A stretch of DNA of 54,638 nt, filler included, from Bipalium vagum (taxonomy: Eukaryota): NCBI GenBank assembly GCA_037834085.1. It is 3 parts of 3 records of this genome, joined end to end, with 100 filler letters (N's around TTAATTAATTAA, not from the genome) between each part and the next. Parts side by side here need not be neighbours in the genome. Positions count along the whole stretch, not along the records: positions 35,822 to 54,638 come from JBBMKC010018301.1; 2 more parts are not named here. One strand, 5' to 3'. Under the pieces are notes generated by a model, which saw only the letters and a program-made list of their open reading frames with translations, had not been told where the DNA came from and did not search any database. The first letter of the stretch is position 1; the number at the start of each line of letters is the position of its first letter. The translations under genes and the position numbers were made by a program. Of this stretch, positions 37,158 to 48,590 are shown piece by piece.

Positions 37158-37329
37158 TTCATGTCTTATACAAGAATTGACATCTGCTCCTTTACTTATC
37201 AGTAACCTAGTCATTTCAACATCTCCTGATTTCACAGCGAAAAATATTGCAGGAAATGGAACTTGACAAATGTTAGGATTTGCTCCTCTTCTCAACAATA
37301 ACTGTATAACGTCCAACATTTGATTAAAT
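37158..37329 (-). CDS. ANKMY1: ANKMY1-like exon 10 (ankyrin repeats)
   Basis: LLLRRGANPNICQVPFPAIFFAVKSGDV vs ANKMY1 [30 protein letters not shown]/GT flanks, 49-nt downstream intron. Confidence 0.92.
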
Positions 37330-38683
37330 CTAGAAATACAAAATAAGAATATGTTATGTATAATTCATTATATTTGTGTTTTTGTGTTATTAGGCTTTAC
37401 ATTAATATCAAGTCATCCCATAAGTAATGCAATTTTAACTTTGTTTTGAGACTAAAAACAATTTTATTATTAGATTGTTCAGAAATTCTTCCGATAATAA
37501 AAGGATATTTGAAATTTTCTATGAATAATGCCAATAATCACTTATTTCTAAGAACTGAGAAATTCCAGGAATATTAATATATTAAAACACAAAAAACACG
37601 TTAAATATTATATCAATACTTATATATGTTCTGTGTAGTTGTAAAAAGAAAAATCGAAGTATTTTGTGAATTATGATGAGAACTGCACATTTATCATAAC
37701 TGATAAATCATACAGTATTCCTCTAATATAAGTTTTATGGAATTTTGTCATTTGTATAAATAACATCAGAATTTCTTTATTTAGATAAAGAGTGCTCTTT
37801 ATCAATGACACGTCACTATTCACATGGATATTGAAAAGTGATGTTCAATTTATGCAGAAGAATTTATAACAAACAGTCATACTTAACTACGGAAAATATT
37901 TTGATTGATTTCAATATACAAATTTTTACTAAAATAGTGAAAATGATTAACAAGTTTTATGTTAATTCAGCACATTTTATTTTATATTATTATTCCGTTA
38001 ACATTTTCATAAATGATAATTTTGAAAATAATAAAATTACAAAATAAATCAATAAACCAATTTCCACAATTTTATTTCATTTTTGAATGATTGTGACTGA
38101 TTAGAAAATATAAATAATTAAATTTGCATCAATAAAGTTGTAGTTTTGGAAACTGTTTCTTTGACTCTTATTTCAAAGTCGAAATTATAAGATAATGGAG
38201 TTTAGGAATGACTGTTATTGATCGGCTGTATAAATATAAATTATTTTTTTTGTTTAATGAAATCATTTTTTTCATAATTTACACGTTAATGGAAAATTTA
38301 TTTTTATTTTCCCCAACGTACCTCATTTAGACCTACGCGTTATAAAGAAAATGTATATTAATAATAAACTCTTCAATTTTTCTCGCACTGAAAGGCTGTG
38401 AATCTTTGATGCTTATTATTCATGTTAGATAATTGAATTAGATTAGAAATTCTATAATATTGAAAAAAGACGCGTAAATGAAAATTAGAAAGATCGTTCA
38501 AAGGAAAAATATCAAAACTGATATTTATAGAAACTTATTCTTTACAATATCGTTTTTAACATCTTAATTGATTAGATTTAGTAGTCTCTAGATATTTTTA
38601 CGAGAAAGGTTAATTTTATTATGAAAAGAAAAAGTTATACAAGTTTCTGACGACGAATTTTAAATGAAAAAATCAAAACTAAC

Positions 38684-38965
38684 CTGGAGATTTTCAATGC
38701 TCGAAACCTAGCAGTACCTTCTGCTTTTGAGACCTCTTGGCTACAACTAGTTGGTCTAGGCTGCCGAGTGACTAGCATATTATTGACGCTTAATATTGAA
38801 GCAGCCTTATCCAAAAGAATTTGATCGACTTTTATTGGGCATTCGATATAATTGCGGTAAGAATCAAATTTGTAAGAATTGTTTTCGCTTAAAATATTTT
38901 CATCTTTTTTGTCAACTGTTTCCATCAAAATGTTCTTATTGTTACTTGGATATTCAAGAGAAATC
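38684..38965 (-). CDS. ANKMY1: ANKMY1-like exon 9
   Basis: ttttag|G ATT...TCC AG|gttagt; phase 2-2, joins exon 10 as ISR-FNQML. Confidence 0.82.
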
Positions 38966-39299
38966 CTAAAATGTAAATTAAAAAAATCAAATGTTCACTA
39001 TGTACTGTTGTAAGTAGTATTTTTAAAAGTTCTTATTTCATATTTATTCTTTATTGTTTAATCTAAATTACTTAAATGGGTTTTAAGAGTAAATAAATTG
39101 GAGTAAATAAATAATTAAAATTATATATATTATGTATGTGAATTAGTTCCCATGGTTTTGTTATAGATTAAATATTATAAATATCGAGTATTGGTCATTG
39201 AAAATAACAACTAAAAAGTAATATTGTAATATTATATATCTATAAGATATCAATAGTTAGTATTAGTTTTAACTAATTATATAGCTTATTTATATGAGC

Positions 39300-39906
39300 G
39301 AAAATGCAAAATCATAGACCAAGAAAATAGCATTTACAGGATTCATTATTATTAGCCAAACTGTTTGCGAAATATTATTTACAAGGAACTCATTTTTGCA
39401 TTGAATAACTGGTGATAAAAAATGGGTTATAAGAATCAGAGGAGAAGAAAACAATGGACAATGCCCCAATAAATTTCAACATCGACAGTACAAAGATGGA
39501 CGAACAGAAGTAAAGTGATGCTATGTATATGGTGGGATCAAACAGGAGTAATATACCATGGGTATATGAAACAATACAAAACTGTAACTGGTGATCGATA
39601 TCAGCAGCAATACCCGATTTACGTCTAGTAATAAGTACCAAGAGACCACAATATGGCCTAAGACATGATCAGATCATTTTGCAACACGATAACGCCAAAC
39701 TACATATTGAAAAGACTTGACTGGGAGGTTTTACCTCGCTCGCCGTACTAACTAACCATAACACCACTTCTCTTGGCCCTTTTTTTTCTCGATCCAAAAG
39801 TTGAAGTTACCAAAGGAAAATATTTTGACTAAAATAAATGTTTTGTTACATTTAAATAAACAACTTTATTTTCACAAAAACAATGGGAAGTAATTTCCAT
39901 ACCTAA
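39300..39906 (+). mobile_element. mauritiana-type mariner 3' remnant in ANKMY1 intron
   Basis: SFLH*ITGDK, SKVMLCIWWDQTGVIY, KRPQY..RHDQIILQHDNAK, DWEVLP; 3' TIR ...ttccatacctaa+TA. Confidence 0.85.
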
Positions 39907-39982
39907 TAATATAATATAAAAAGAAATAATTAATAAAATTACCAATAAAATAAAATAATAAATTTAATTAAAGTCTTCATAC

Positions 39983-40133
39983 TCATTCTTGACCATGTCC
40001 AATTTAATTAATGATTTTTGATAATCATTCCATTCTGCTTCCATAATACTATCTGGTTCCTTTTCGGCAAGAGGTTGTTGACTGTCCAGCTCATTCGAAG
40101 GTTTTTGACATAACCTGTTCAATATTGTTGATT
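39983..40133 (-). CDS. ANKMY1: ANKMY1-like exon 8 (linker)
   Basis: ttccag|AA TCA...AAT GA|gtatga; 151 nt, phases 1 and 2 fit both neighbouring exons; not in the ORF track. Confidence 0.75.
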
Positions 40134-40716
40134 CTGGAAATATGTATAGTTACTTTAAGGAACTTCTATTAATAGTAAACTGAATAAGTTGGTGCATTTA
40201 TAATTTCGTAAATCTATTAAAATATTTATTTTCTATTTAGAATAGTGCAGAGATGCAAGTTTGGGATATTTCAACAAAAACATTTTACGGTGGAAATAAA
40301 ACAAAACAAAACAAAGTAAAGAACCAAGTACCCCATTTAAAGTTGGCAGAACGAAAATTACTAAAATATAAAATATTTAACATTAATAGATCTAAATCAC
40401 AATATTATTAAATATTCAGATGAATGAACACTGTCGGTAGGCCCTGTTGTACAGAGCTATTATACACTCGAGGATAAAATGGTAGTGAGAGGTTGTTTGG
40501 TAAATTGAAAGAAATATAGACTGTACTCAGAACGGTATCAAATTTATTTCTCAAATTCGTCATATTACCACTTGGTTTTGTATCTGGTAGACCTATGGAT
40601 ATATACATATGTGTATTTAGACGTAATGTTCCCATCTTACGGAAATTGATGAAAATAAATTTATCTGTTTAAATCTTATGTATGTTACATTTTTACGAAT
40701 AGTTTAGTTTGAATAA

Positions 40717-41690
40717 ATGGATATTTAAGAAAAACAAAGAAGGATTGTTAGATTATTTTACCAAAGAGATATGTGCACCTATGGATAATTAAAGAGGAAA
40801 TATTTATCAAGATGCAATAATTAATATTAACAATATCAAACAATGAGAAAAGAGCTTTAAAGCTCTAGACCATAGTGTCCATGACAAAGTAATCACCAAC
40901 CGATTTCAGTTACGTACGAGAATCGACCCATGATTAATGTAATGGTTATAAAACAGAAAATCCACTTAATAAATGTTGCAAATTCCATTAACGTTTCCTA
41001 TGGTTTTCCTCATTCAATTACAAAGGCCTAGAAAAATCTTTTTTTAATATACCCTAAATGATTTTAAGTAATTATTCATGGTTTGGGATAGAAAGTCTGT
41101 AAAATAGTTTGTCAATTGCTAACAGAAGGTCTAGAGTATAAGAATTGAAATTTGTTATTAGATTTTCTGCATGCTTGAATCCCTAAATGGCTTATTCTTT
41201 TCAAATATGATTACAGGTTATGAAACTTGGATTTAACTGTACAACCTAGCTATAAAAGGCAATCAATGGAATGGCGACATCTTTCTTTTCTTCTTACAAA
41301 AATTTCAAAACTCAAATATCAAGTTAAAAAATTATAACCACATTTTTTTCCACAAAGATAGTTTAATTCTTTGTGACTCCCTGAAACAAGGTAGCATCAT
41401 AAAAATCACATCTAACATCCATACTTGGCGAAAAATAGGTACAATATCCGTTAGAAGAGAAACAGGAAGATGATAATTCCATCTAAATTCATAGTGACAA
41501 ACGATGTTAATGCAAAATGGAGTGGTCTGTTTGTTATCCCTCATCCACCATACAGCTCTAGTAAAGATCAATGTGACTTTCTTTCTCGGAACTATGAAGA
41601 ACTATTTGCGTTAAAGTCATCATTTTTTTTGTATTTATCATTTCATCATTTTGTTATTTTAAGTCCGTAAATATTTGTCCCCGGTTATGT
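40717..41690 (+). mobile_element. decayed mariner (irritans/Hsmar2-like) in ANKMY1 intron
   Basis: MITGYETWI, KRQSMEWRH, KFKTQISS, VIPHPPYS. Confidence 0.8.
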
Positions 41691-42206
41691 ACATAACCAA
41701 TTTTCAAATGTAAACATAGGAATAAATATTTTGGTACACATTTTATAGACAATTTACTATAAATCATAAATCTATTCAAACGACATCGGGATCTGACAGT
41801 AACGAGAGGAAGACTATGTTTCCCATTTGGTGAAATTGAAAAGATTTGCCCTATTTTCAGATCTTTTCAAGGACAACAGGTATCAATTCGACCCGGAAAT
41901 TTATGTATTATCGGAACCCCGTTGAATATTTTAATGGAAAATTAAAAAATGTGTTACAGGGAAAATTCAAAATTGTAAAAATGTATACCAATTTTTATTG
42001 CAATGAGCCATTAGAACATTATCAGAATTTTATTAAAATTCTTTTTCCATTTTAATAAAATGTTCATTCGGACACGGTTTTTAATTCTTTCAGATATTTG
42101 TGGATATGTTTCCAAATATCAGATGTAAAAACAAAAATTTAATTAAACAAGTTGAAAAGTCAATGGTTAACGAAGTAATTTAAAAGGTTTTCAATAGAAA
42201 AGGTAC

Positions 42207-42438
42207 CTATTTTGTCTTTTTCAAGAAAATTCTTGATGTGTTCTTTTCGGATTCCGTTGAAATTAAACGGAGTTTGATTCAATTTTACAACGGACTCAGC
42301 AATTGTTTCAATAAATCTCTTTTGGGGGTAATAAAATAACATACATGAACCCAAAGCAGATATTCCTTCATCTGTAATATGATTAATATTCGCTCCACAG
42401 TCTAATAAATAATTAATAAGGTCTTTGTTCCACGTGAG
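42207..42438 (-). CDS. ANKMY1: ANKMY1-like exon 7 (ankyrin repeat)
   Basis: tttcag|CTC ACG TGG...ATA G|gtacct; LINYLLDCGANINHITDEGISALGSCMLFYYP. Confidence 0.9.
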
Positions 42439-43949
42439 CTGAAAGTAATAAAAAATCAAAAAAAATTTATCTCAAATCATTATTTTTTATATTTTATTCA
42501 ATATTTATTCAATAAAAGAAGAGTGATTTTAAATTTATTTTAAAATATAATATTTGACATATTATTTATTTATTTTTTTCTACCAATTTTCCTGATCATT
42601 ATTAAATTTTATTATTTATATATTATTATTATATCCGAAACACAAATTAGAGATTACTTTTTTTAAATTGAGAACAAATAAAATTTAAGAAATTATTTGT
42701 TTACTAATGATTATTAGGATAATTAATTTATTAACTTTATTTCATTACAATGTAATCCGTAGGAAAATAAGGTGAAGACAACTGGCCCAAATATGCATAA
42801 CTTTATCTCTTACAAACGTGTCGCAATAACTTTTCCTAATGAGGAAGCACTTGGTCAAAATTCATTAATTATTATCATTAATTATTATTATTATTATTTG
42901 ATCAATGTTACTTATTAAACCGAAGTTCTGCACTATTCGATAGATTATGATAATAATTAATTTTCTTATAAAATAAACCGATTTATGTCTCCTTGTGCCA
43001 ATATTATATACCATGGTAACTTTATAAGTATGACAGAAACACATTTTCAATTTATATTGTCTCAGAAGCAGTACTCAGAAGCATACTATCCATGGTATGG
43101 TCTGTTGGGGACTGCTTGTTAGTGGCCCAAAAGTCGCAAAAAAAGAAACAGAGTAAAATTTAAAATATAATTGAAGTCAGTACCCCTGAGTCAATTCTTC
43201 TCTTTATATGGAAGTATTTGGTTATGTGAGCAAATATTCTCTATTATAACTTAAAAGTTCGCACTGTATAATTGTACCATTATTCAAAATATGAATCAGT
43301 GTTACATCTCACAAATAAGCACTCATTTACAAGTATTTTTATGTGTCATTCATTAATTTTTTGCGAGGTTTTTGACGTAATTCAATTTTGCATGGGTATT
43401 TAATTACTCTAGAAAAAAATTTAAATTTTATTATTCATAGATAAACGACGTATATTTATTCACGAGTGACCAATAGTTGGATGATGAACCAAAAACATAG
43501 GACACCACTGGTCTAGTAGATGTCAAGAAAAATTAACTGAGCTGCAAAACCTAGAAACTTTTCTGAAGTTTTTACTTATTCTTTTATTAGCATTCTTCAA
43601 TAACCTCTTGTTATTCATCGCCCATTATCAAACCAAACTTTGCAATATTTGTATTTATTTTTTAAGGGTCCTTTGACTACTTGAGGTTTGAAGATGTTCA
43701 AAACCCTCTTCTAGCTATTTAGAAAATAAATGAAGTTATCTAAAATATTAGAAGACTCGGGAAATTCATCAATAATAAATTTATGAATAAATGATTTCCA
43801 TTCGGAACCCTTTGACATAGTATAATAGACTTTACACCCATTTGATAAATTTTTAATCATTCGTTAATTTATAGCATTCCAAGTGTTCATTTCATAATTC
43901 ATTACAAGATTTCCAAGAATCATCTAGAGCTGTGAGGTTTGGAACATTT

Positions 43950-44260
43950 TTAATTGAGGTTAACCGTATATAAATAAATATGGACAATGCCAGACTACAT
44001 ACTGCAAGAATACTACGCAGGTAATGAGGACATAAGTAGATTCCACAAAATTTTTATCACCCTAAAGCTACATGTTCAACCATATTGAGAACTCCTTTTC
44101 TCAGGTTAAATCAATTCTCATGCATATTTTAATTATGGAATCGGAATATAGTCTGGACGATTTGATTATACAAGCAATTTTAGAAGTGAATGTAAGTGAT
44201 GCTGCAGGATGGTTTCGATTAATCAGAAGAAAATGCTCGTTGATGAAAAAAAATTTGATG
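43950..44260 (+). mobile_element. IS630-like (DDE_3) Tc1-superfamily transposase remnant
   Basis: MDNARLH...FLSP*SYMFNHIENSFSQVKS...AGWFR (MDNAxxH / LPPYSPxLNPIExxFS). Confidence 0.7.
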
Positions 44261-44370
44261 AAAAAAATTAATAAAATTTCCTTGTGTCTTAAAATATTTG
44301 ATGTTTTGTATTTGGTAATTACTTTTTTGAAAAATTTTGAAGCAAAAATAATTTTATTTTAATTACTTAC

Positions 44371-44845
44371 GGTAGCTTCTATCAAACAGAAAGAACCTCG
44401 GCAATCGGTAACATTGATATTCGGAGCTTTCGGATCCATTAGTAATGTTCTTATTTCTTCCAAATTTCCAAAATGAGATAGAGTAAGTAAAGTATCCGAC
44501 CGCTGTTCATAATCCCCAGAGGATTTGTATTTGGCAATTCTATCAATTCGATTTTCTAATTTTTTGTTGGAAAAAACATTGGACACCACATCTTTCACTA
44601 CATTCATCATATCATTGTCCTCCGAATCCTTAGGAACATTTGATGCAAATCTGGCTACATGAGAAATGATTTTCTCCATAACTGGAACAATATTATCCGA
44701 AATATCCATGTTGAACAAAAACTCAGGAAAACTCGATTCTGTTTCGATCCATTCTTTCCTTGATTCATCAAGATGAGGATCAATATATTCAATTCTTTCC
44801 AACTGTTCTAGTGAAAACAGCTCTTCACTTTCAATTGATATATTT
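44371..44845 (-). CDS. ANKMY1: ANKMY1-like exon 6
   Basis: ttccag|A AAT...GCT ACC|gtaagt; ends GDYEQRS...GNLEEIRTLL..NINVTDCRGSFCLIEAT (first ankyrin). Confidence 0.88.
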
Positions 44846-45421
44846 CTGGAAAAATATAATTATTTTTTCCATAATATATTTATATTAAATTAAAAATATT
44901 CATTTAATGACTAATTATATGTAAAATTTATTAAAAAAAATATCAATTGGTTTGATAAAATTTGTAAAAAAATTTATAATAATATATTTTGTATGAAACC
45001 TAACCTTGATTTAGTCGATTCATTGTTTTTTATTATTATCAAAAATATTCGATTCAATGTTTGAGATTTTTATCGATTTTTTCTGATTTTATGTTTAACG
45101 ATTTTTTGTTAAATTCTTTTTTGCTAAAATAATTAAAAATATTAAATTTAACTATTTTAAAAATTTTCTCCAAAAGGCACACGTAAATAATTCTATCTGA
45201 TAACCTAATGATTTTAGGTTACCTTTTTCTCTAACAATAAATACATTTTTAAAATATCAAATTCTTAAAGTTTTTTTAGGGTTTTTCAGTAATTACTATA
45301 TTGTAATTTAATAATCAATTAATAATTAAAAATTGTCATTGGAAGTGTAAAATGTTAATATGCACAAAATAATTTTTATAAAATTTGACTTAGAAATTTA
45401 CTAAATAATATAAATTTTTAC

Positions 45422-45594
45422 TGTTCTACTTGATCCTCAACATCATATATTTTATTTTCCATTTCAGTACTTTCAGGTTCATCTGAATATATCTCAGAAT
45501 TCTTCTCAGAATTCGTCTCAGATTCTTCTTTGGGACAATTTTCAATTTCCTCATAATTATTGACAAGTTGGAAAAATATTTCTTTATCGATTTT
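45422..45594 (-). CDS. ANKMY1: ANKMY1-like exon 5 (acidic linker)
   Basis: tttcag|AAA ATC GAT...GAA CA|gtaaaa; phase 0-2 fits neighbours; 48-nt upstream intron. Confidence 0.78.
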
Positions 45595-45642
45595 CTGAAA
45601 AATAAATATAGTTTAAACAAATAAATAAATGAAACATAATAC

Positions 45643-45936
45643 ATCTTCCAAGATGGAAATGATTCGTGGTCTTTTCAACTGATATTTCAGTATATAATCT
45701 AAAGGATATTGAGCTTCTGAGTATTGCACTTTACCTGACTCTGTGATCATTGGAGATTCCGATCTTTTATTCGAATATAAAGAGGTTAGATCACGGAAGT
45801 TTTCAATTGTAAATAGATCTGGTTTGTTAACTATCAATTTTAATAAAGAGCTTCGGTGCCAGAGACCAATATCTTGGCGTCCATCGCTATATCGTAAAAT
45901 TCCTGGACCACAGCAATAATTTTCTTTATAAAGTCC
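45643..45936 (-). CDS. ANKMY1: ANKMY1-like exon 4 (last MORN repeat)
   Basis: GLYKENYCCGPGILRYSDGRQDIGLWHRSSLLKL vs ANKMY1 [34 protein letters not shown]. Confidence 0.9.
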
Positions 45937-46111
45937 CTATATTAAAAAAATCAATAATTAACTGAACTAAAATACTCATAATTATTATTTTTAAGTAAAA
46001 TTAGATTTTAAACGACTTTTAATTATAAATTTTTTTATTAATAATTTCTTTTTATATATTATTTTTTTATATTTTATACATATAAGCAAATTATTTTTTT
46101 ACATTAATTTA

Positions 46112-46946
46112 CCAGGGTGAGTCAAAAGTTTTTCATTTTTAGTTATCGTAAGTATTTGTTAAACTACATCATTTAAATTTAGATTTACATAAAAGATTTG
46201 ATATCATTTTAAAATTACTAAAAAGCTGAATCTATGCACGCTTTACAATGCACGCTTTATAAACTCTATTAAATTATTTTATACTTCAGAATGATTGATG
46301 AAAAAAAGTAGGTCGAGTATTATTAACCCATACTGGAAAAAAGTGCTAACAGCAGCAGCTGTGACGTGGAAGGCAAGGGTTTTGATAAGGAAAACATAGC
46401 GCATATTGGGAAACACGAGTCTTGCAGACCAGGAACTTCCAGGCCGTTCATCATGGAAGGAGGGGACAGTTATGGTGAAGAAAGAGATATTTTGTGATCT
46501 GATAGAGCAGCAACTTTGATTGGTTATTCCCAAAGCACCATTGTGCGATATCTGTTCATTATGGGCTTTGTAAATAGAAATCCAATCCGAGTTCCTTACG
46601 AATTAACAAATATCGAATTGATCTTTGTTGCAAATTAATCAATAACCCCTGATGCATTCGGTTTTGGAAGAGAAATATTACGGCAGATGAAAAGGGGTTT
46701 TCTTTCGTAACTCCAGTTGAGGAAAGCAGTGGCTTCAGCCTGGTCAGCCAGCTCAACATGTTGTCTCTGCAAGTCACTTCGAAAGAAAAGTGATCTTGTG
46801 TGTTTGGCGGAATTATGAGGGACATGTATATTGAGAACTTGTTCAAGATGAAAAAAGAAATTTCTAGAAATAACATAATTTGTGTGAAAATGTTTTGTAA
46901 AAAAATTGTCTCATAAAAACATGAAAGATTTTTGACTCATTATATG
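46112..46946 (+). mobile_element. internally deleted Tc1/mariner element with TIRs
   Basis: TA+ccagggtgagtcaaaagtttttcat / atgaaagatttttgactca; SLADQELPGR, ITADEK, KVILCVWRNYEG traces. Confidence 0.75.
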
Positions 46947-47199
46947 TATTAATTTTTATAAACTTTTAGATTACCATTATAATTTTCTAAAGAATATGCA
47001 AAGTACACGTGAATTTTTAATTCTGACTGCCATTTCAAAAAATGTTAATAAATTTACAGATGCTCTTATAAGTTTTTTTACAACACTGTACTTATTTAAC
47101 TATAACTGTTAAACAAAATTATTCAAACTAATAACCACCGTTAGCAATAATTTTTTTCAATCTTAGAATTCATTGAAGGAAAATATTTGAAATACAGCC

Positions 47200-47860
47200 G
47201 GTAACTCATTTTTCAAGCTCTTTGAAAGATTTGAAGTAATGCTTGGTAACTAAGTTGTTGTAACGGGATACCAATGTCTTATCTTTGTGATTCAGGATTG
47301 CGAATAGGTTTTCATGCAGCAAAATCTATTTACCTTATCTTCTATTCTGTAATACGATTAACTGAGGTCTGTATGAATTTATGTAACCGTTTAGCATCTA
47401 ATGCAGAATTTTATAGCAGAGTATTCTTCTGTCAGCTGTAACAATTTGATATGGATATCGTTTTCTTTTTTCCGATCAAGCGACATATTTCGAAGTTTCT
47501 CAGCTTGAGTTTATAAAGTTTTGTATCCTTACTTGTTACTTTTCACACAAGTTCCAAAGGTAGATTTACCAATTATTGACAGACATTTAACATAAATGTG
47601 CATATAGATTTTCTATTAATTTTATCATATAGTGAAAATATAATCTTGATAAATTAATATTTATGACTGTGACTCCTGAAATTCAATAATATGAGAACTT
47701 CTGTTCTAAATTTCAACGAGTACTCCGAAACAATGTTTTTGAAATGAAAAATTTTCTGCTTATAAATTACTCCTCGGTGACCTCTTCAAATAAGTATCAC
47801 AGCTTTGGTGAATTAATCCTGAATAACTGTATCACCAACATTTTTGTAAAGCTTACAACC
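47200..47860 (-). mobile_element. possible non-LTR retrotransposon RT remnant
   Basis: Only faint QGDxLSPL-like trace (QR*DIGIPL); many stops. Confidence 0.25.
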
Positions 47861-48057
47861 CTTGAAACTGATTTTGCATTTTAATTTTTAACATTATTAT
47901 GTAGGATTCAGATTCACATATAATGATACGTGAAATAATATTTAAGCACAAACTTGATTAACTGGAAATATTGAAGAAAAATGATGAAAAAATAATAATT
48001 CATATTCATTATCATTGGTTAAAATTTTATGAAAAAATCAAAAAAAACTGAAATTAC

Positions 48058-48204
48058 TTGAAATATGTCACCATTGGAAAAGAAAACGGTTCCAAACCCT
48101 TCTCTCTTATTTTTATAGAATGTTCCGACATATTTGTTATTATTTTCAGAAACATAAGTTCCAAACCCATGCCTCGCATCTTGGTAAAATGATCCTTCAT
48201 ATCT
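48058..48204 (-). CDS. ANKMY1: ANKMY1-like exon 3 (MORN repeats)
   Basis: RYEGSFYQDARHGFGTYVSENNNKYVGTFYKNKREGFGTVFFSNGDIFQ; AG/GT flanks, phase 0-0. Confidence 0.92.
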
Positions 48205-48249
48205 CTAAAATATGTATTTAAAATTTGTGTTAAGTTGTTTAGTTTTTAC

Positions 48250-48344
48250 ATCGTTATTCGTCCACTTATAAACACCCCAACCATGTCTTTTATCGTTAAA
48301 ATATTCTCCAATATATATATCGCCATCATACCACCTTTGAAACC
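48250..48344 (-). CDS. ANKMY1: ANKMY1-like exon 2 (MORN repeats)
   Basis: FQRWYDGDIYIGEYFNDKRHGWGVYKWTNND; flanked by 44- and 45-nt introns. Confidence 0.9.
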
Positions 48345-48388
48345 CTTGAAGGAAAGACTAAAATAATTTAATTTCATATTATTTATAC

Positions 48389-48590
48389 CGATTTTATTCC
48401 TTATGCCCTTATCATAAAATCCTTCAAAATATTCACCATCAAACCATGTAAACTTTCCAAATCCACATGCTCGATTTTCAGTGAAAGGTCCTTCAAATTT
48501 TGCTCCAGTACCATATAATAGTCTTGAGGTTGTTTTAAGGATTTGAATATTAATAAAGTCTTTAAGATTGTCTGTAAAAATTAAAGTCAT
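48389..48590 (-). CDS. ANKMY1: ANKMY1-like first visible exon (MORN repeats); starts at ATG 48590 or acceptor 48571
   Basis: YGTGAKFEGPFTENRACGFGKFTWFDGEYFEGFYDKGIRNKI G|gtataa; 5' boundary ambiguous. Confidence 0.8.

Noticed and set aside
45426-45644. Basic ORF with LRRILRRILR repeat
   Set aside because: Alternative frame of ANKMY1 exon 5; splice phases select the acidic frame.
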